Of a DNA stretch of 64,000 nt, positions 36,885 through 46,114 are shown piece by piece. Every line of letters begins with the position of its first letter. Within the stretch, counting starts at the first letter, position 1. Source of the stretch: Planctomycetota bacterium (GTDB taxonomy: Bacteria > Planctomycetota > MHYJ01 > WSZJ01); NCBI GenBank assembly GCA_038060895.1, contig JBBTCT010000009.1, positions 144,082 through 208,081 of the forward strand, written 5' to 3'. The notes below the pieces were generated by a model, which was not told where the DNA came from, did not search any database, and saw nothing but the letters and a program-made list of their open reading frames with translations. Position numbers and translations under genes: made by a program.

Positions 36885-38078
36885 CTACTTCGCCGGCAGC
36901 CATCCGAGCAGCACGGTTGCGCCCTCACGCAGTCGGAAAGCCCCGGAGCCGTCCGGCGCGCACACCCAGGTTTCGCGGTGGGACTCCCTGACGCGCGGGT
37001 CGTCGCCATTGCTCTTGACTCCGCGCTCGAACGCCACGGCCGTCCCGTCCGGCGACCAGAGCAGGCTCGCGAATGCCAGGACGCAACCTCCGTCCGCACA
37101 AACCGTGGTTCCCAGGTTAGCCGTCTTGATGCCTTCAAGGTCCCGAATGACTCCCTCCAGCATGTAACCCTTTGACAGTTTCGTGTACGCCAATCGACGG
37201 CCGTCCGGGGACCAGGTCGCGCCTCCGCACCTGCCGGCCGCGATCACCTCGCCCGCTTCGCCGGAAACCGGGCAGATCCGAAGTCCCGTTTCCTCCGCCA
37301 GGGCAAAGCGCTTTCCGTCCGCCGACCATGCGACCTGCTCCGGGCGCGTTTGCCCTGCCTTCGCGACCGTCTTCCATTCTCCCGAGCTGAACGTGAGGAG
37401 ATCCACGGTGCACTCGAGCGTTGCCAGCGATTCCGAACGGACCGCGAGGAGGCGCGCGCCGTCCGGGGAAACGGAGATCTGGCTGACGTACAGGCCGTCG
37501 GTCACCTTTTTCACGGCGCCCTGCTCCCAGACGTACAGATCGCTGGACCCTTTCTTTGAGCCCACCAGGTGCGCGGTGAAGGCAAAGCGATCCGGGCCGC
37601 ACCAGGCGGATTCTCCGAGAAGCGCGCGCTCGCCCTGCGCGGGCCAGACTTTCACTCGGGTTTCCGGCTTTGCGACGTCTGCGATTTCGATCGTTGTGTT
37701 GTCTTTGCCGTCTCCCGTCAGGGCAATGCGAGTCCCTGCGTCATTGAGGGAGGCGCGAGCGTGGCCCTTGAACGCGGCGATTTCAGGAAACGCAAGGTCG
37801 AGGGCGTCGTGAATGCGGACGAACGCGCGCGCCTCGGCGTCGTATCCGGAAACGATGAACCGGCCTGAAATGAACCGGGCGGCGCTGTTGCCCTGGCGGA
37901 TGGCGATGGATGCCGGGGAGGCGAGCAACTTTCCCGAGGGCGCCACGACATGGAGCTTGTGGCTTTCGTCGAGGATCACAATGCGGCCTGCGCCATCAAA
38001 GCGGTCCCGCTCGGCGGTTTCGGCCAGTAGCGGTGACTGTAAGGCGACGAGCGCGAGCGAGGCGAGGAAGGGGCGCAT
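36885..38078 (-). CDS. secreted TolB/WD40-like beta-propeller protein
   Basis: Signal peptide; repeated WSPDG / VSPDG / WSADG motifs. Confidence 0.75.
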   Translation of the reverse strand: MRPFLASLALVALQSPLLAETAERDRFDGAGRIVILDESHKLHVVAPSGKLLASPASIAIRQGNSAARFISGRFIVSGYDAEARAFVRIHDALDLAFPEIAAFKGHARASLNDAGTRIALTGDGKDNTTIEIADVAKPETRVKVWPAQGERALLGESAWCGPDRFAFTAHLVGSKKGSSDLYVWEQGAVKKVTDGLYVSQISVSPDGARLLAVRSESLATLECTVDLLTFSSGEWKTVAKAGQTRPEQVAWSADGKRFALAEETGLRICPVSGEAGEVIAAGRCGGATWSPDGRRLAYTKLSKGYMLEGVIRDLEGIKTANLGTTVCADGGCVLAFASLLWSPDGTAVAFERGVKSNGDDPRVRESHRETWVCAPDGSGAFRLREGATVLLGWLPAK

Positions 38079-38166
38079 TCGTGTCTCCGTGTGGGTTTCG
38101 CCACTATGACGAGCGAAGTGGGTCGGAAGTTCGGTGAAATCCGGTCTTTTCGGGCAGGGGAGCGCG

Positions 38167-38451
38167 TCAGGAGGTGCGCGCAGGCGGCGAGGCCGCGTTC
38201 TTCTCGGGCACCGGGTCCGGCCCGAATCCGCCCCAGGGGTGGCAGCGGCACAGCCGTTTCAGGCCGAGCCAGCCGCCGACGAACAGGCCGCGTTTCTGAA
38301 GCGCCTCCAGGCAGTACGCGCCGCAGGTCGGCTGAAAGCGGCAGACGTCGGGCATGATGCGCGAGAGAGTCATGCGGTAGACCCACATGCCGCCGATGCA
38401 GATCCAGCGCAGGGGTTCGAACGGCCACTCGTACCAGGGAATCTTCATCAT
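38167..38451 (-). CDS. yidD: membrane protein insertion efficiency factor YidD
   Basis: CRFQPTCGAY, LKRLCRCHPWGGFGPDPVP; overlaps the stop of the upstream DUF1223 gene. Confidence 0.92.
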   Translation of the reverse strand: MMKIPWYEWPFEPLRWICIGGMWVYRMTLSRIMPDVCRFQPTCGAYCLEALQKRGLFVGGWLGLKRLCRCHPWGGFGPDPVPEKNAASPPARTS

Positions 38452-39218
38452 TTCACCGCAGCCAGGTCCTTCCATTCGAGGCGCTTCGCTCCGAGCACTT
38501 TTCTCGTCGCGGGGTCGCGGGCCACGATCGCCAGGTAGACATTGGCCGTCTTCCAGTCTCCTCCGAGCGGGATATCGAATCCGGTGTTGCCGTCTTTGTC
38601 TGGCGTTGAAGGCCTGGAGAGAAAGCGGACGACTCCGTGCTCAGTGACCGTGTGACCCTTGAGCTCCCCCGCCTTGATCTCGGTGGTCAGGTTGTTCTCA
38701 GCCACCGCGACCGTCACTTCGACCGCCTGTTTCACGTCGGGCGGCAGAGTGACCCTCGCTTCAACGAACGCGTTGACCGCCCGGACTTTCCCGGAGGCCG
38801 TAATGGTCGCGGCCGCCGTGGCCTTGCCGTCGTCGTCGATTCGCTTCACGGCCTGCCCCATGTTCGACGTGTGTATCGCGCCGCTCACGACGATCATCGG
38901 CGTGTACATCCCCTTGCTCGCGAGCGGCTTCTCGTACGCCTTCTGCGCTTCCGTCATCTGTTTCGAACCGAATGGGTCCTTCCATCCGAGCCGGTCCCAG
39001 TAGTCCACGTGGTAGACGAGCGCGATTGCGTTCTCGAAGCCCTTCTCCTGCTTCGCAATTTTCCCGAGGAACTCCTCGGCGGGCGGGCAGGATTCTCACC
39101 CCTGGCTGGAGAAGAGTTCGACAAGCACGGGGGTGCCTCCGGGTTTGGGATCCTCGCCGGCGGTGAGCGTGGCGAGAAGGGGAGTGAGCGCGAGGGCGAA
39201 GATGGCGGAGAAGCGCAT
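38448..39218 (-). CDS. secreted DUF1223 thioredoxin-like probable selenoprotein (UxxC); UGA at 39098-39096
   Basis: SD AGGAG; signal peptide; PVLVELFSSQG-TGA-ESCPPAE...YHVDYWDRLGWKDPF...YTPMIVV in one frame; the family consensus is VELFTSQGCSSCPPA. Confidence 0.87.
39064..39079 (-). promoter_or_regulatory. candidate bacterial SECIS hairpin
   Basis: CCGAGG-(AGUU)-CCUCGG perfect 6-bp stem; loop starts 22 nt after the UGA, with GU at loop positions 2-3. Confidence 0.6.
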
Positions 39219-39264
39219 GCGATGAACTCCTGTTCGTGTCCGGCGTGATTGTAACCGCGACGGA

Positions 39265-39636
39265 TCAGCGCGGGCCCAGGGGTTCAGGTCCGCCGTCCGC
39301 GGGCGCGGCCTTGCGGGCAAGCTTGACGACCGAAGCGGCGACTTCGGCGAGCGTGAGGTTGATGGTTTTCCGGGGCAGGAAGAGATAGTCCCAGCCCGGC
39401 GTCAGTTCTTCGCGGTGCAGGCGGAACGACTCCCGCAGCAATCTCTTGATTCGGTTGCGGATGGGTTTCGCCCGCACGTGCTTCCCGACGACGATGCCGA
39501 GCCGGGGAAGGCCGAGTCCGTTGGGGCGGGCGTGGAGTTGCAGGACGCCATCCCTCGCTTTGTGGGCGGAAGCGAAGGCCTGGTCGAATTCGTCGCGGCG
39601 GGTGAGGCGGAGGAGTTTGGGATAATTGTTGGGCAC
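39265..39636 (-). CDS. rnpA: ribonuclease P protein component
   Basis: YPKLLRLTRRDEF, PRLGIVVGK, RNRIKRLLRESFRL; C-terminal part of the 39265..41286 track ORF; GTG at 39636. Confidence 0.9.
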   Translation of the reverse strand: MPNNYPKLLRLTRRDEFDQAFASAHKARDGVLQLHARPNGLGLPRLGIVVGKHVRAKPIRNRIKRLLRESFRLHREELTPGWDYLFLPRKTINLTLAEVAASVVKLARKAAPADGGPEPLGPR

Positions 39637-39753
39637 GCGAAGAGCATAGCGGATCCGGCCGCTCTCCAGCCAAGAGGGAAACTGCATACCTTTGCGCGCG
39701 AAGAGCGCGCGCCGTACATTCCTCGCGTCTCTTGTGAGGGACGCACGACCGTC

Positions 39754-40029
39754 ATGGGTTCTCCCGTCGCCTACCAATGCGTGAATCACCCGGGTCGCCC
39801 TGCGATCGGGGTCTGTGTCAAGTGCCAGGCGCCGGTGTGCCCGGACTGCACGACGAAAGTCCAGGGGATCAACCATTGCCTGTCGTGCCTGCAGCTCCGC
39901 GTCAAGCCGACCGATACTTCGATCCGCCGTCCGCCCCCGTCCGTGACGCCGGCCGGAATCGCGGCGGCATTCGCCTTCTTCGTGCTCGTATTCGCCCTTC
40001 TCGGCGCCGCGTTCGTGGCGGCGGCCTGA
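39754..40029 (+). CDS. small B-box-like zinc-finger membrane protein
   Basis: CVNHPGRPAIGVCVKCQAPVCPDC...HCLSC followed by a C-terminal TM. Confidence 0.8.
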   Translation: MGSPVAYQCVNHPGRPAIGVCVKCQAPVCPDCTTKVQGINHCLSCLQLRVKPTDTSIRRPPPSVTPAGIAAAFAFFVLVFALLGAAFVAAA

Positions 40030-40926
40030 ATGGAACTGCGCAGCACCATCCCGCTTGCTCGACGCTTCGGGCCGATGGAAGTCGTGGACTCCGCCATCTG
40101 GTTCGCGCGCGACAACGCCGTGGCGTTCGTCACCACGGCAGGGGCGGGCGGACTCGCGTTCGCCCTGGCGCTCGCGACCTGTTTCAACCGCCTGGGCGCG
40201 CTGCCGCCGGGGGCCAAGGTCGAGGACCACCTCGTCGAAGTGGCGATCTGGGGCGTCCTCCTCGCCGCGCTTTTCCTTGGCCGGGGCCTCGGTCACTGGG
40301 CCGTCGTCGAACGGCTCTCCGCGTCCCTGCGAGGGGAAACTCGTACTCCTGAGGCTTGCTGGGCCGCCGCACTGAAGAACCCGGGGGCCGCGCTCTTTCT
40401 CGCCGGCGTTCCCGGCATGGCGCAGTGGGCCGGGTTCCTCGCCATCTGGCCGGGGCTGGCGTTCATGAACCGCTGGAGCGGCGCTCTTCCGGCCGCCGTC
40501 TTCGAAAAGCTCGAGCCGGCGCGCGCGCTTCGCCGCTCCCGCGACCTCATGGCCGGGTCGAACAACGCGATGGCCGTCTGGGGATTCCTTTTCGTCGCCT
40601 GGGTCATCCTCTTCGTCAACGTGCTCTTCGCAGGAGCCATGCTCCCGGACTTCCTCCGCGGGTTCTTCGGCATCAACCTCCCTCGTTTCGAGCAGGCGGT
40701 CTCGCCAGGCAACGGCCTCTTCATCGCCGTCGCCATCGTCTTCACGTGGGCTGCGTGTGACGCGCTTCGCGCCGTGGCCTTCGCGATTCTCTACCTGAAC
40801 GCTCGGATCGAGCGGGAGGGCGGGGACCTGCAGTCGCGGCTGGAAGCGTTCAGGTCCGGGCGAAGAGCGGGGGTTGCTTCGTACAAGGCGCCGGCAGCGG
40901 AGCCGCAGGAGGCGACGCATGCGTGA
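40030..40926 (+). CDS. multi-pass membrane protein of the MoxR/DUF58 operon
   Basis: Several TM segments; ALRRSRDL and LYLNARIEREGGDL motif typical of this operon member. Confidence 0.8.
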   Translation: MELRSTIPLARRFGPMEVVDSAIWFARDNAVAFVTTAGAGGLAFALALATCFNRLGALPPGAKVEDHLVEVAIWGVLLAALFLGRGLGHWAVVERLSASLRGETRTPEACWAAALKNPGAALFLAGVPGMAQWAGFLAIWPGLAFMNRWSGALPAAVFEKLEPARALRRSRDLMAGSNNAMAVWGFLFVAWVILFVNVLFAGAMLPDFLRGFFGINLPRFEQAVSPGNGLFIAVAIVFTWAACDALRAVAFAILYLNARIEREGGDLQSRLEAFRSGRRAGVASYKAPAAEPQEATHA

Positions 40927-41755
40927 AGCGATGCTGGTGCTGCTGATGGCGGTGGCCGCGGTGGCGGGGGACGAGGAGCGGCGCGCGGAGGACCGGAATC
41001 TGCGCGGGGACGCGAAGTCCTCCAGGTACGAGGAAGCGCTGAAGGGTTGGAAAGCGAAGCGTGGTGGCGATGCGGACGATGCCGCGCGCCGCGAGCGGCT
41101 GGACCGGATCCTGCGGGAAGAAACGACGCGCGACGAGATTCCGCCGGTTCCCCGGGAGCGGGAAATTGAGAAACGGGATCCGGACAATTCGAAAGAAACG
41201 AAGCGAACTCCTCCTCTGGAGGTCAGCACGGGAGGGTCGGCCTCCGCGGCGTCAGGACTCGCCAATCTCATGTATGGAGTCCTCATCCTCCTGGCCGCCG
41301 CGGTAGTCGCATTCGCAATCTACGGGATCGTCATGGCCATCCAGCGATCCAGGCGCCGCCCGCTGAAGGACGACGCCGTCGAAGTTGTGACCGGTGAGGA
41401 GGAGCGAGGTGGGGCCGCACCGCCGATTCTGCGCGACCCGGAGGAATGGCTCGCCGAAGCCCGCCGGCTTGCGGCGGCGGGGCGCTGGATCGAGGCGCTG
41501 CGCTGCCTTCTCTTCGCTTCCCTTGAACGGCTGCACCGCATGCGCTTCATCGATTACCAGCGTGCCCGCACGAATCGCGAGTGCGTGAGGGCGTTCACGG
41601 GGCCGGACGCGCGGCGAGTGCCGTTTGGCGCGCTGGTCGATGCGTTCGACATTGCGGTTTATGGCCAGCGCCCGTTCGGCGCGGCCGATTATGCGCAGGC
41701 CGAGGCTGCCGCCCGCGAGCTCGGGAAAGGAGACGCGCATGAAGGCGTCGCCTGA
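40919..41755 (+). CDS. DUF4129 domain membrane protein
   Basis: WLAEARRLAAAGRWIEALRCL, RTNRE, FDIAVYG; 8-nt ATGCGTGA overlap. Confidence 0.82.
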   Translation: MREAMLVLLMAVAAVAGDEERRAEDRNLRGDAKSSRYEEALKGWKAKRGGDADDAARRERLDRILREETTRDEIPPVPREREIEKRDPDNSKETKRTPPLEVSTGGSASAASGLANLMYGVLILLAAAVVAFAIYGIVMAIQRSRRRPLKDDAVEVVTGEEERGGAAPPILRDPEEWLAEARRLAAAGRWIEALRCLLFASLERLHRMRFIDYQRARTNRECVRAFTGPDARRVPFGALVDAFDIAVYGQRPFGAADYAQAEAAARELGKGDAHEGVA

Positions 41756-42875
41756 GCGCGGGTGGATCGGCATCGCCGGGCTGGTCGCCTTCGCTGCGAT
41801 TCTGGTGTGGGGCGCGGTGCGGGAATTCCGGGCACGCGAGGCGCGGGGCAAGACGGACCGCGGGTCGATCTTCTCTCCCGACGCGAGCGGGACGCGGGCT
41901 CTGTTCCTGCTGCTCCGGTCCGAAGGTCTTGCCGTGACGCCGATGACGCGGCCGCCGACCGCGGCGATGGAAAAAGGGCTGCTGGTCGTGATCGACCCGG
42001 GAATCGAGATGGACAAGGATGCCGCGGGGCAGGTCGTGGACTGGATCGAATCCGGCGGCGCCGTGGTGCTCGCCGGTGAATATCTTGGCGCGCTCGGCCT
42101 GGCTCTGAAGGCCACCTCCTCGGTGCCGACTCAGAGAGAACTGGGGCTCGCGCTTCCGACTCATCGCTCGGACAGATTTGCGCTCGCGACTGGCAGCAAT
42201 TCGGAAGTTACGGTCGAAGGGGAGCGCGACGTTCTTCTCAGGCGGGACAGCGCCGCCCAGGCGGTCGAACTCGAGCGCGGCCAGGGGAAGGCCGTCCTGC
42301 TCCCGGACGCGTTCTGCGCGACGAACTCGGGACTCGACATGGCGGACAACGCTTCGTGGTGGGTCGAAACGTGCCGCCGGCTTTCGGATGGCCGGCCGGT
42401 GATGTTTCTCGAGACGGTTCACGGCTTCGCTCGCGAACCTTCTATCCCTGAATACTTCACGGACAAAGGTCTCGGTCCATTCGTGCTTCAGCTGTTTCTC
42501 GTCGCGGGCGTGCTCGTCTGGCTGCTTGGGTCCCGCAAGGCGCCGCCGCTCGCGCCCTCCATGCTGATCCGCAGGCCGGCGGCAGAGTACGCCGCGACGA
42601 TGGCACAGCTCTACAGGCAGGGGAGGTCGGAAGCGCACGCGGCGGGAGTCGCGCTCTCTGAACTCGAGGCGTGGTGGAGGCGTCCCGCTTCGGCGCGGGC
42701 GTTCGCAAGGCTCGACGCGGCGCGGAAAGCCGCGGTACTGAAGGAAATCGAATCCCTGGCGTCGGAAGGTCGCGGGCTCACGGGGCTCGCCCGGCCCGGG
42801 GAAGATGCCGTGCACGGCTGGGTGTCGCGCGCGGCGGCGTTCCGAAGGAGGGTGACCGGTGACGATCGTGAATGA
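41739..42875 (+). CDS. DUF4350 domain membrane protein
   Basis: S..PDASGTRALFLLL, WIESGG.VVL, G.GKAVLL.D...TN.GL..ADN, FLETVHG; ATG at 41739. Confidence 0.8.
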   Translation: MKASPERGWIGIAGLVAFAAILVWGAVREFRAREARGKTDRGSIFSPDASGTRALFLLLRSEGLAVTPMTRPPTAAMEKGLLVVIDPGIEMDKDAAGQVVDWIESGGAVVLAGEYLGALGLALKATSSVPTQRELGLALPTHRSDRFALATGSNSEVTVEGERDVLLRRDSAAQAVELERGQGKAVLLPDAFCATNSGLDMADNASWWVETCRRLSDGRPVMFLETVHGFAREPSIPEYFTDKGLGPFVLQLFLVAGVLVWLLGSRKAPPLAPSMLIRRPAAEYAATMAQLYRQGRSEAHAAGVALSELEAWWRRPASARAFARLDAARKAAVLKEIESLASEGRGLTGLARPGEDAVHGWVSRAAAFRRRVTGDDRE

Positions 42876-43830
42876 AGCACCCGCGGGCCTCAAAGCAATA
42901 ACCGGGGCCGTACGCGCTGAACTGCACAAGGTGATCATCGGGCAGGACGACGCCCTGACGTGGATGATGCTGGCGGTGTTCCTCCGGGGCCACGTGCTCC
43001 TCGAAGGCGTCCCCGGCACCGCGAAGACGCTCGCCGTCCGCACGCTGGCGAAGACGCTTCATGCCTCGTTCCGCCGCGTCCAGTTCACACCCGACCTCAT
43101 GCCGAGCGACGTCACCGGAGTGCATATCTTCGACCTGCAGAAAAACGAGTTCACCCTTCGCAAGGGACCGATCTTCACCGACCTCCTCCTCGCCGACGAA
43201 ATCAACCGCACGCCGGCAAAAACCCAGGCGTCGCTTCTCGAAGCCATGCAGGAGCGGAGCGTCACGATCGACGGCGAGACGCACCAGCTGCCGTCCATCT
43301 TCACGGTGTTCGCGACGCAGAACCCGATCGAAATGGAAGGGACCTATCCGCTCCCCGAAGCCCAGACCGACCGGTTTCTCTTCAAAGTGTCGATCACCTA
43401 TCCCGCTCCGGCCGAGGAAGAGGCCGTCCTGCGCGCGTACCACGAGGGGCGCGAACCGCACGACATCGAGCGCGCGGGCGTGAGGGCGGTGCTCACGGCG
43501 GAGCAGGTGCTCGCGGCGAAGCGCCTGATCGATTCGGTCCAGGTGTCCGACGGGCTGATCACCTATGTCCGCAAGGTCGTCGCCGTGACGCGCGAGTCGC
43601 CCGACGTGCTCCTCGGCTGCGGCACGCGCGCAGGGATTCACCTGCTCCTTGCGGCGAAGGGGCTTGCGGCCATGGACGGCCGCGCGTTCATCCTGCCGGA
43701 CGACGTGAAGCGCGCCTCCGTTCCGGTCATGCGCCACCGCCTGATTCTCAACCCGGAGGCTGAAGTCGAAGGCCTGAAGCCGGAAAATGTCATCGAGCGC
43801 ATCCTTGCCAAGGTCGAGGTTCCGCGGTGA
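42859..43830 (+). CDS. moxR: MoxR family AAA+ ATPase
   Basis: HVLLEGVPGTAKT, RVQFTPDLMPSD, LADEINR, ATQNPIEMEGTYPLPEAQTDRF. Confidence 0.95.
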   Translation: MTIVNEAPAGLKAITGAVRAELHKVIIGQDDALTWMMLAVFLRGHVLLEGVPGTAKTLAVRTLAKTLHASFRRVQFTPDLMPSDVTGVHIFDLQKNEFTLRKGPIFTDLLLADEINRTPAKTQASLLEAMQERSVTIDGETHQLPSIFTVFATQNPIEMEGTYPLPEAQTDRFLFKVSITYPAPAEEEAVLRAYHEGREPHDIERAGVRAVLTAEQVLAAKRLIDSVQVSDGLITYVRKVVAVTRESPDVLLGCGTRAGIHLLLAAKGLAAMDGRAFILPDDVKRASVPVMRHRLILNPEAEVEGLKPENVIERILAKVEVPR

Positions 43831-45134
43831 GGCCGACGCCCCGATTCGTCGTGCTCTTCGCGCTGGGGCTCGTCCCGGCGGCGCTCGCGGTGCGCGGCGA
43901 CTTCTGGCTGTTCGTCGCGGCGGCGTGGGACGCGGCGCTGGTGCTGCTGCTTCTCGCGGAACGCTCCGCAGGGGTCCGGCACGGCTGGATCGAGGTCGAG
44001 CGGACGCTTCCCGACAAGATCTGTGTCGGCGAGCCGAACGCGTGCGCGCTGACGTTCCGGAATTTCGCTTTTCTGCCGCTTCGGGTTTCCGCGATCGAGG
44101 GATGGCCGTCGGAATTCGAAGCGGAGCCGTGGGAATTCCAGGTCAAGGTGGACGCGTACGGTTCCCAGACGGTGAAGTACGTTCTGCGGCCTGGCGGGCG
44201 GGGAGAGTTCGAACTGGGGCCGGTGCAGGTGCGCGTGCGGTCCCCGCTGGGGCTGATCGAAAAGCGGATGTCGTTCGGAACTCCGCTGAAAGTCCGGGTG
44301 TACCCGAACCTGAAAGACCTGCGCCGCTATGACCTGCTGTCGCGGCGGCGCCTGCTCTCGCAGCAGGGGATCCGCGCAGTGCGCCGCGTCGGCGAAGGGC
44401 GCGAGTTCGAGCGGCTGCGCGAATACTCGTCGGGCGACGAGCTTCGGACGATCGACTGGAAGGCGACCGCGCGCCGCCGCAAGCCGACCGTCCGCGTTCA
44501 CGAGACCGAGCGTGGCCAGAACGTCCTCATTCTCCTCGACGCCGGCCGCTTGATGGCCGCCGCGACGGGCGGACTGACCAAGCTCGATTTCGCGATCAAC
44601 GCCGCGCTCATGCTCGGTTACGTCGCGCTTCGCAACAACGACCGGGTCGGGCTCGCGGTGTTCTCGAGCGACGTCGAATCGTTCGCCCTTCCGCGCGCCG
44701 GCAAAGCCGCGCTCGCGCGGCTCATGGACGCCCTGGTGCCGCTTCAGCCCCGCCTGACCTTCTCGAACTACCGCGCCGTGATCGAATCCGTCCGCGCCAA
44801 GATGCGGCGGCGCGCGCTCGTCGTGATGTACACGGACCTGGCGGATCCCGAGGCGATGGAAGAGATCGTCGAGGTTTTCCCGGTGCTGCGCCGCAGCCAC
44901 CTGCCGATGTGTGTGTCGTTCCGGGATCCTGCGCTTCTCGAAATGGCCCACGCCCCGCCCGCGCGCGCCGCCCTGTACGAACACGTCGCCGCGATGGAGA
45001 TGGTCGCGGAACGCCGCAAGGCCCTCGGCGACCTGCGCGCGGCGGGAGTGAACATCGTCGATGTCCCGCCTGAGGAAATCGCCGTCGCGTCCGTGAATCG
45101 CTACCTCAGGCTCAAACGCATGCAGGCGATCTGA
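43827..45134 (+). CDS. DUF58 (VWA-like) domain protein
   Basis: GREFERLREY..GDE.R.IDWKATAR, LLDAGRLM, DRVGL. Confidence 0.92.
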   Translation: MRPTPRFVVLFALGLVPAALAVRGDFWLFVAAAWDAALVLLLLAERSAGVRHGWIEVERTLPDKICVGEPNACALTFRNFAFLPLRVSAIEGWPSEFEAEPWEFQVKVDAYGSQTVKYVLRPGGRGEFELGPVQVRVRSPLGLIEKRMSFGTPLKVRVYPNLKDLRRYDLLSRRRLLSQQGIRAVRRVGEGREFERLREYSSGDELRTIDWKATARRRKPTVRVHETERGQNVLILLDAGRLMAAATGGLTKLDFAINAALMLGYVALRNNDRVGLAVFSSDVESFALPRAGKAALARLMDALVPLQPRLTFSNYRAVIESVRAKMRRRALVVMYTDLADPEAMEEIVEVFPVLRRSHLPMCVSFRDPALLEMAHAPPARAALYEHVAAMEMVAERRKALGDLRAAGVNIVDVPPEEIAVASVNRYLRLKRMQAI

Positions 45135-45136
45135 CC

Positions 45137-46114
45137 ATGGACCTCGACCGCTTCATCTCGCAACGGCAGGGCGCCTGGCGGCGCCTCGAGGCCACGCTTC
45201 AGCAAATCGAGCGAAGCGGCCTGGACACGCTGACGGTCGCGCGGCTTCGCGAGCTGGGGGCGCTCTACCGGCAGTCGTGCTCCGACCTCATCTACGCGCG
45301 GACCGTCCTCCAGAACGACGAGCTCGGGGACTTTTTGAACAAGCTTGTCGGCGACGCTTACGCGGCCATCTACCGGCGGTCGTGGCTGACGCCGGGAGCG
45401 GCGTGGACGTGGTTCGCAAGGGGATTGCCCGCCACGGTCCGGCGAAGCTGGGGGCCCGTTCTTGCCGCGTGGATCCTGCTGCTCGGAGGCACGGCGGCGG
45501 GGTTCTTCGGCACGCTCCGGGACAAGGAAGCGTTCTACTACATCGTTCCCAGCGAGTACCACCACGTTTACGCGAAGAAGGCCGACGATCCTCGCGAGGC
45601 GCGCTTCGGCAACAGCGTCACCATCGCGAAATCCCGCGACTTCGCCGCCATGCTTTTCACGCACAACATCAAGGTCTCGCTCACGGCCTTCGCGCTGGGC
45701 ACGAGCGGGGGAACGCTCACGTCCGTCATGATGGCTTACAACGGCGCGCTTCTCGGCAGCATCGCTGCCAATTACCACCGCTGGGACCAGGATCTCGAAT
45801 TCTGGGGACTCATCGTTCCCCACGCCGGGCTCGAACTCTCTTCCATTGCGCTCGCCGGCGCGGGCGGACTTATGCTCGGCTGGGGACTCATCCGGCCGGG
45901 GAGAAAGACGCGGGGCGAAGCGTTTTCCGATGCGGGGAAGGAAGCGGTGTCGCTCGCACTGGGCGCTGCGCCGTTCCTGGTCATCGCCGGTTTCATCGAG
46001 GCATTCGTGACGCCGTCGGATGCGATCGGGCCGACGGCCAAAGTCATTCTCGGGGTCATGACCGGCGCGGGAATGTGGATCCACCTGCTGCTGCCGAGGA
46101 GGACCGCTGCCTAG
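45137..46114 (+). CDS. SpoIIM (DUF95) family membrane protein
   Basis: W.RLE, LYRQ..SDL, FTHNIKVS..AFALG, NG..LG, VPHAGLEL, AGFIEAFVTP. Confidence 0.9.
   Translation: MDLDRFISQRQGAWRRLEATLQQIERSGLDTLTVARLRELGALYRQSCSDLIYARTVLQNDELGDFLNKLVGDAYAAIYRRSWLTPGAAWTWFARGLPATVRRSWGPVLAAWILLLGGTAAGFFGTLRDKEAFYYIVPSEYHHVYAKKADDPREARFGNSVTIAKSRDFAAMLFTHNIKVSLTAFALGTSGGTLTSVMMAYNGALLGSIAANYHRWDQDLEFWGLIVPHAGLELSSIALAGAGGLMLGWGLIRPGRKTRGEAFSDAGKEAVSLALGAAPFLVIAGFIEAFVTPSDAIGPTAKVILGVMTGAGMWIHLLLPRRTAA

Noticed and set aside
40027-40032. TGA directly followed in frame by ATG between the B-box gene and the next membrane gene; possible third Sec readthrough
   Set aside because: The TGA follows a TM helix (AAA), is not at a Cys-type motif, and is followed by a proper ATG; adjacent coupled genes explain it.
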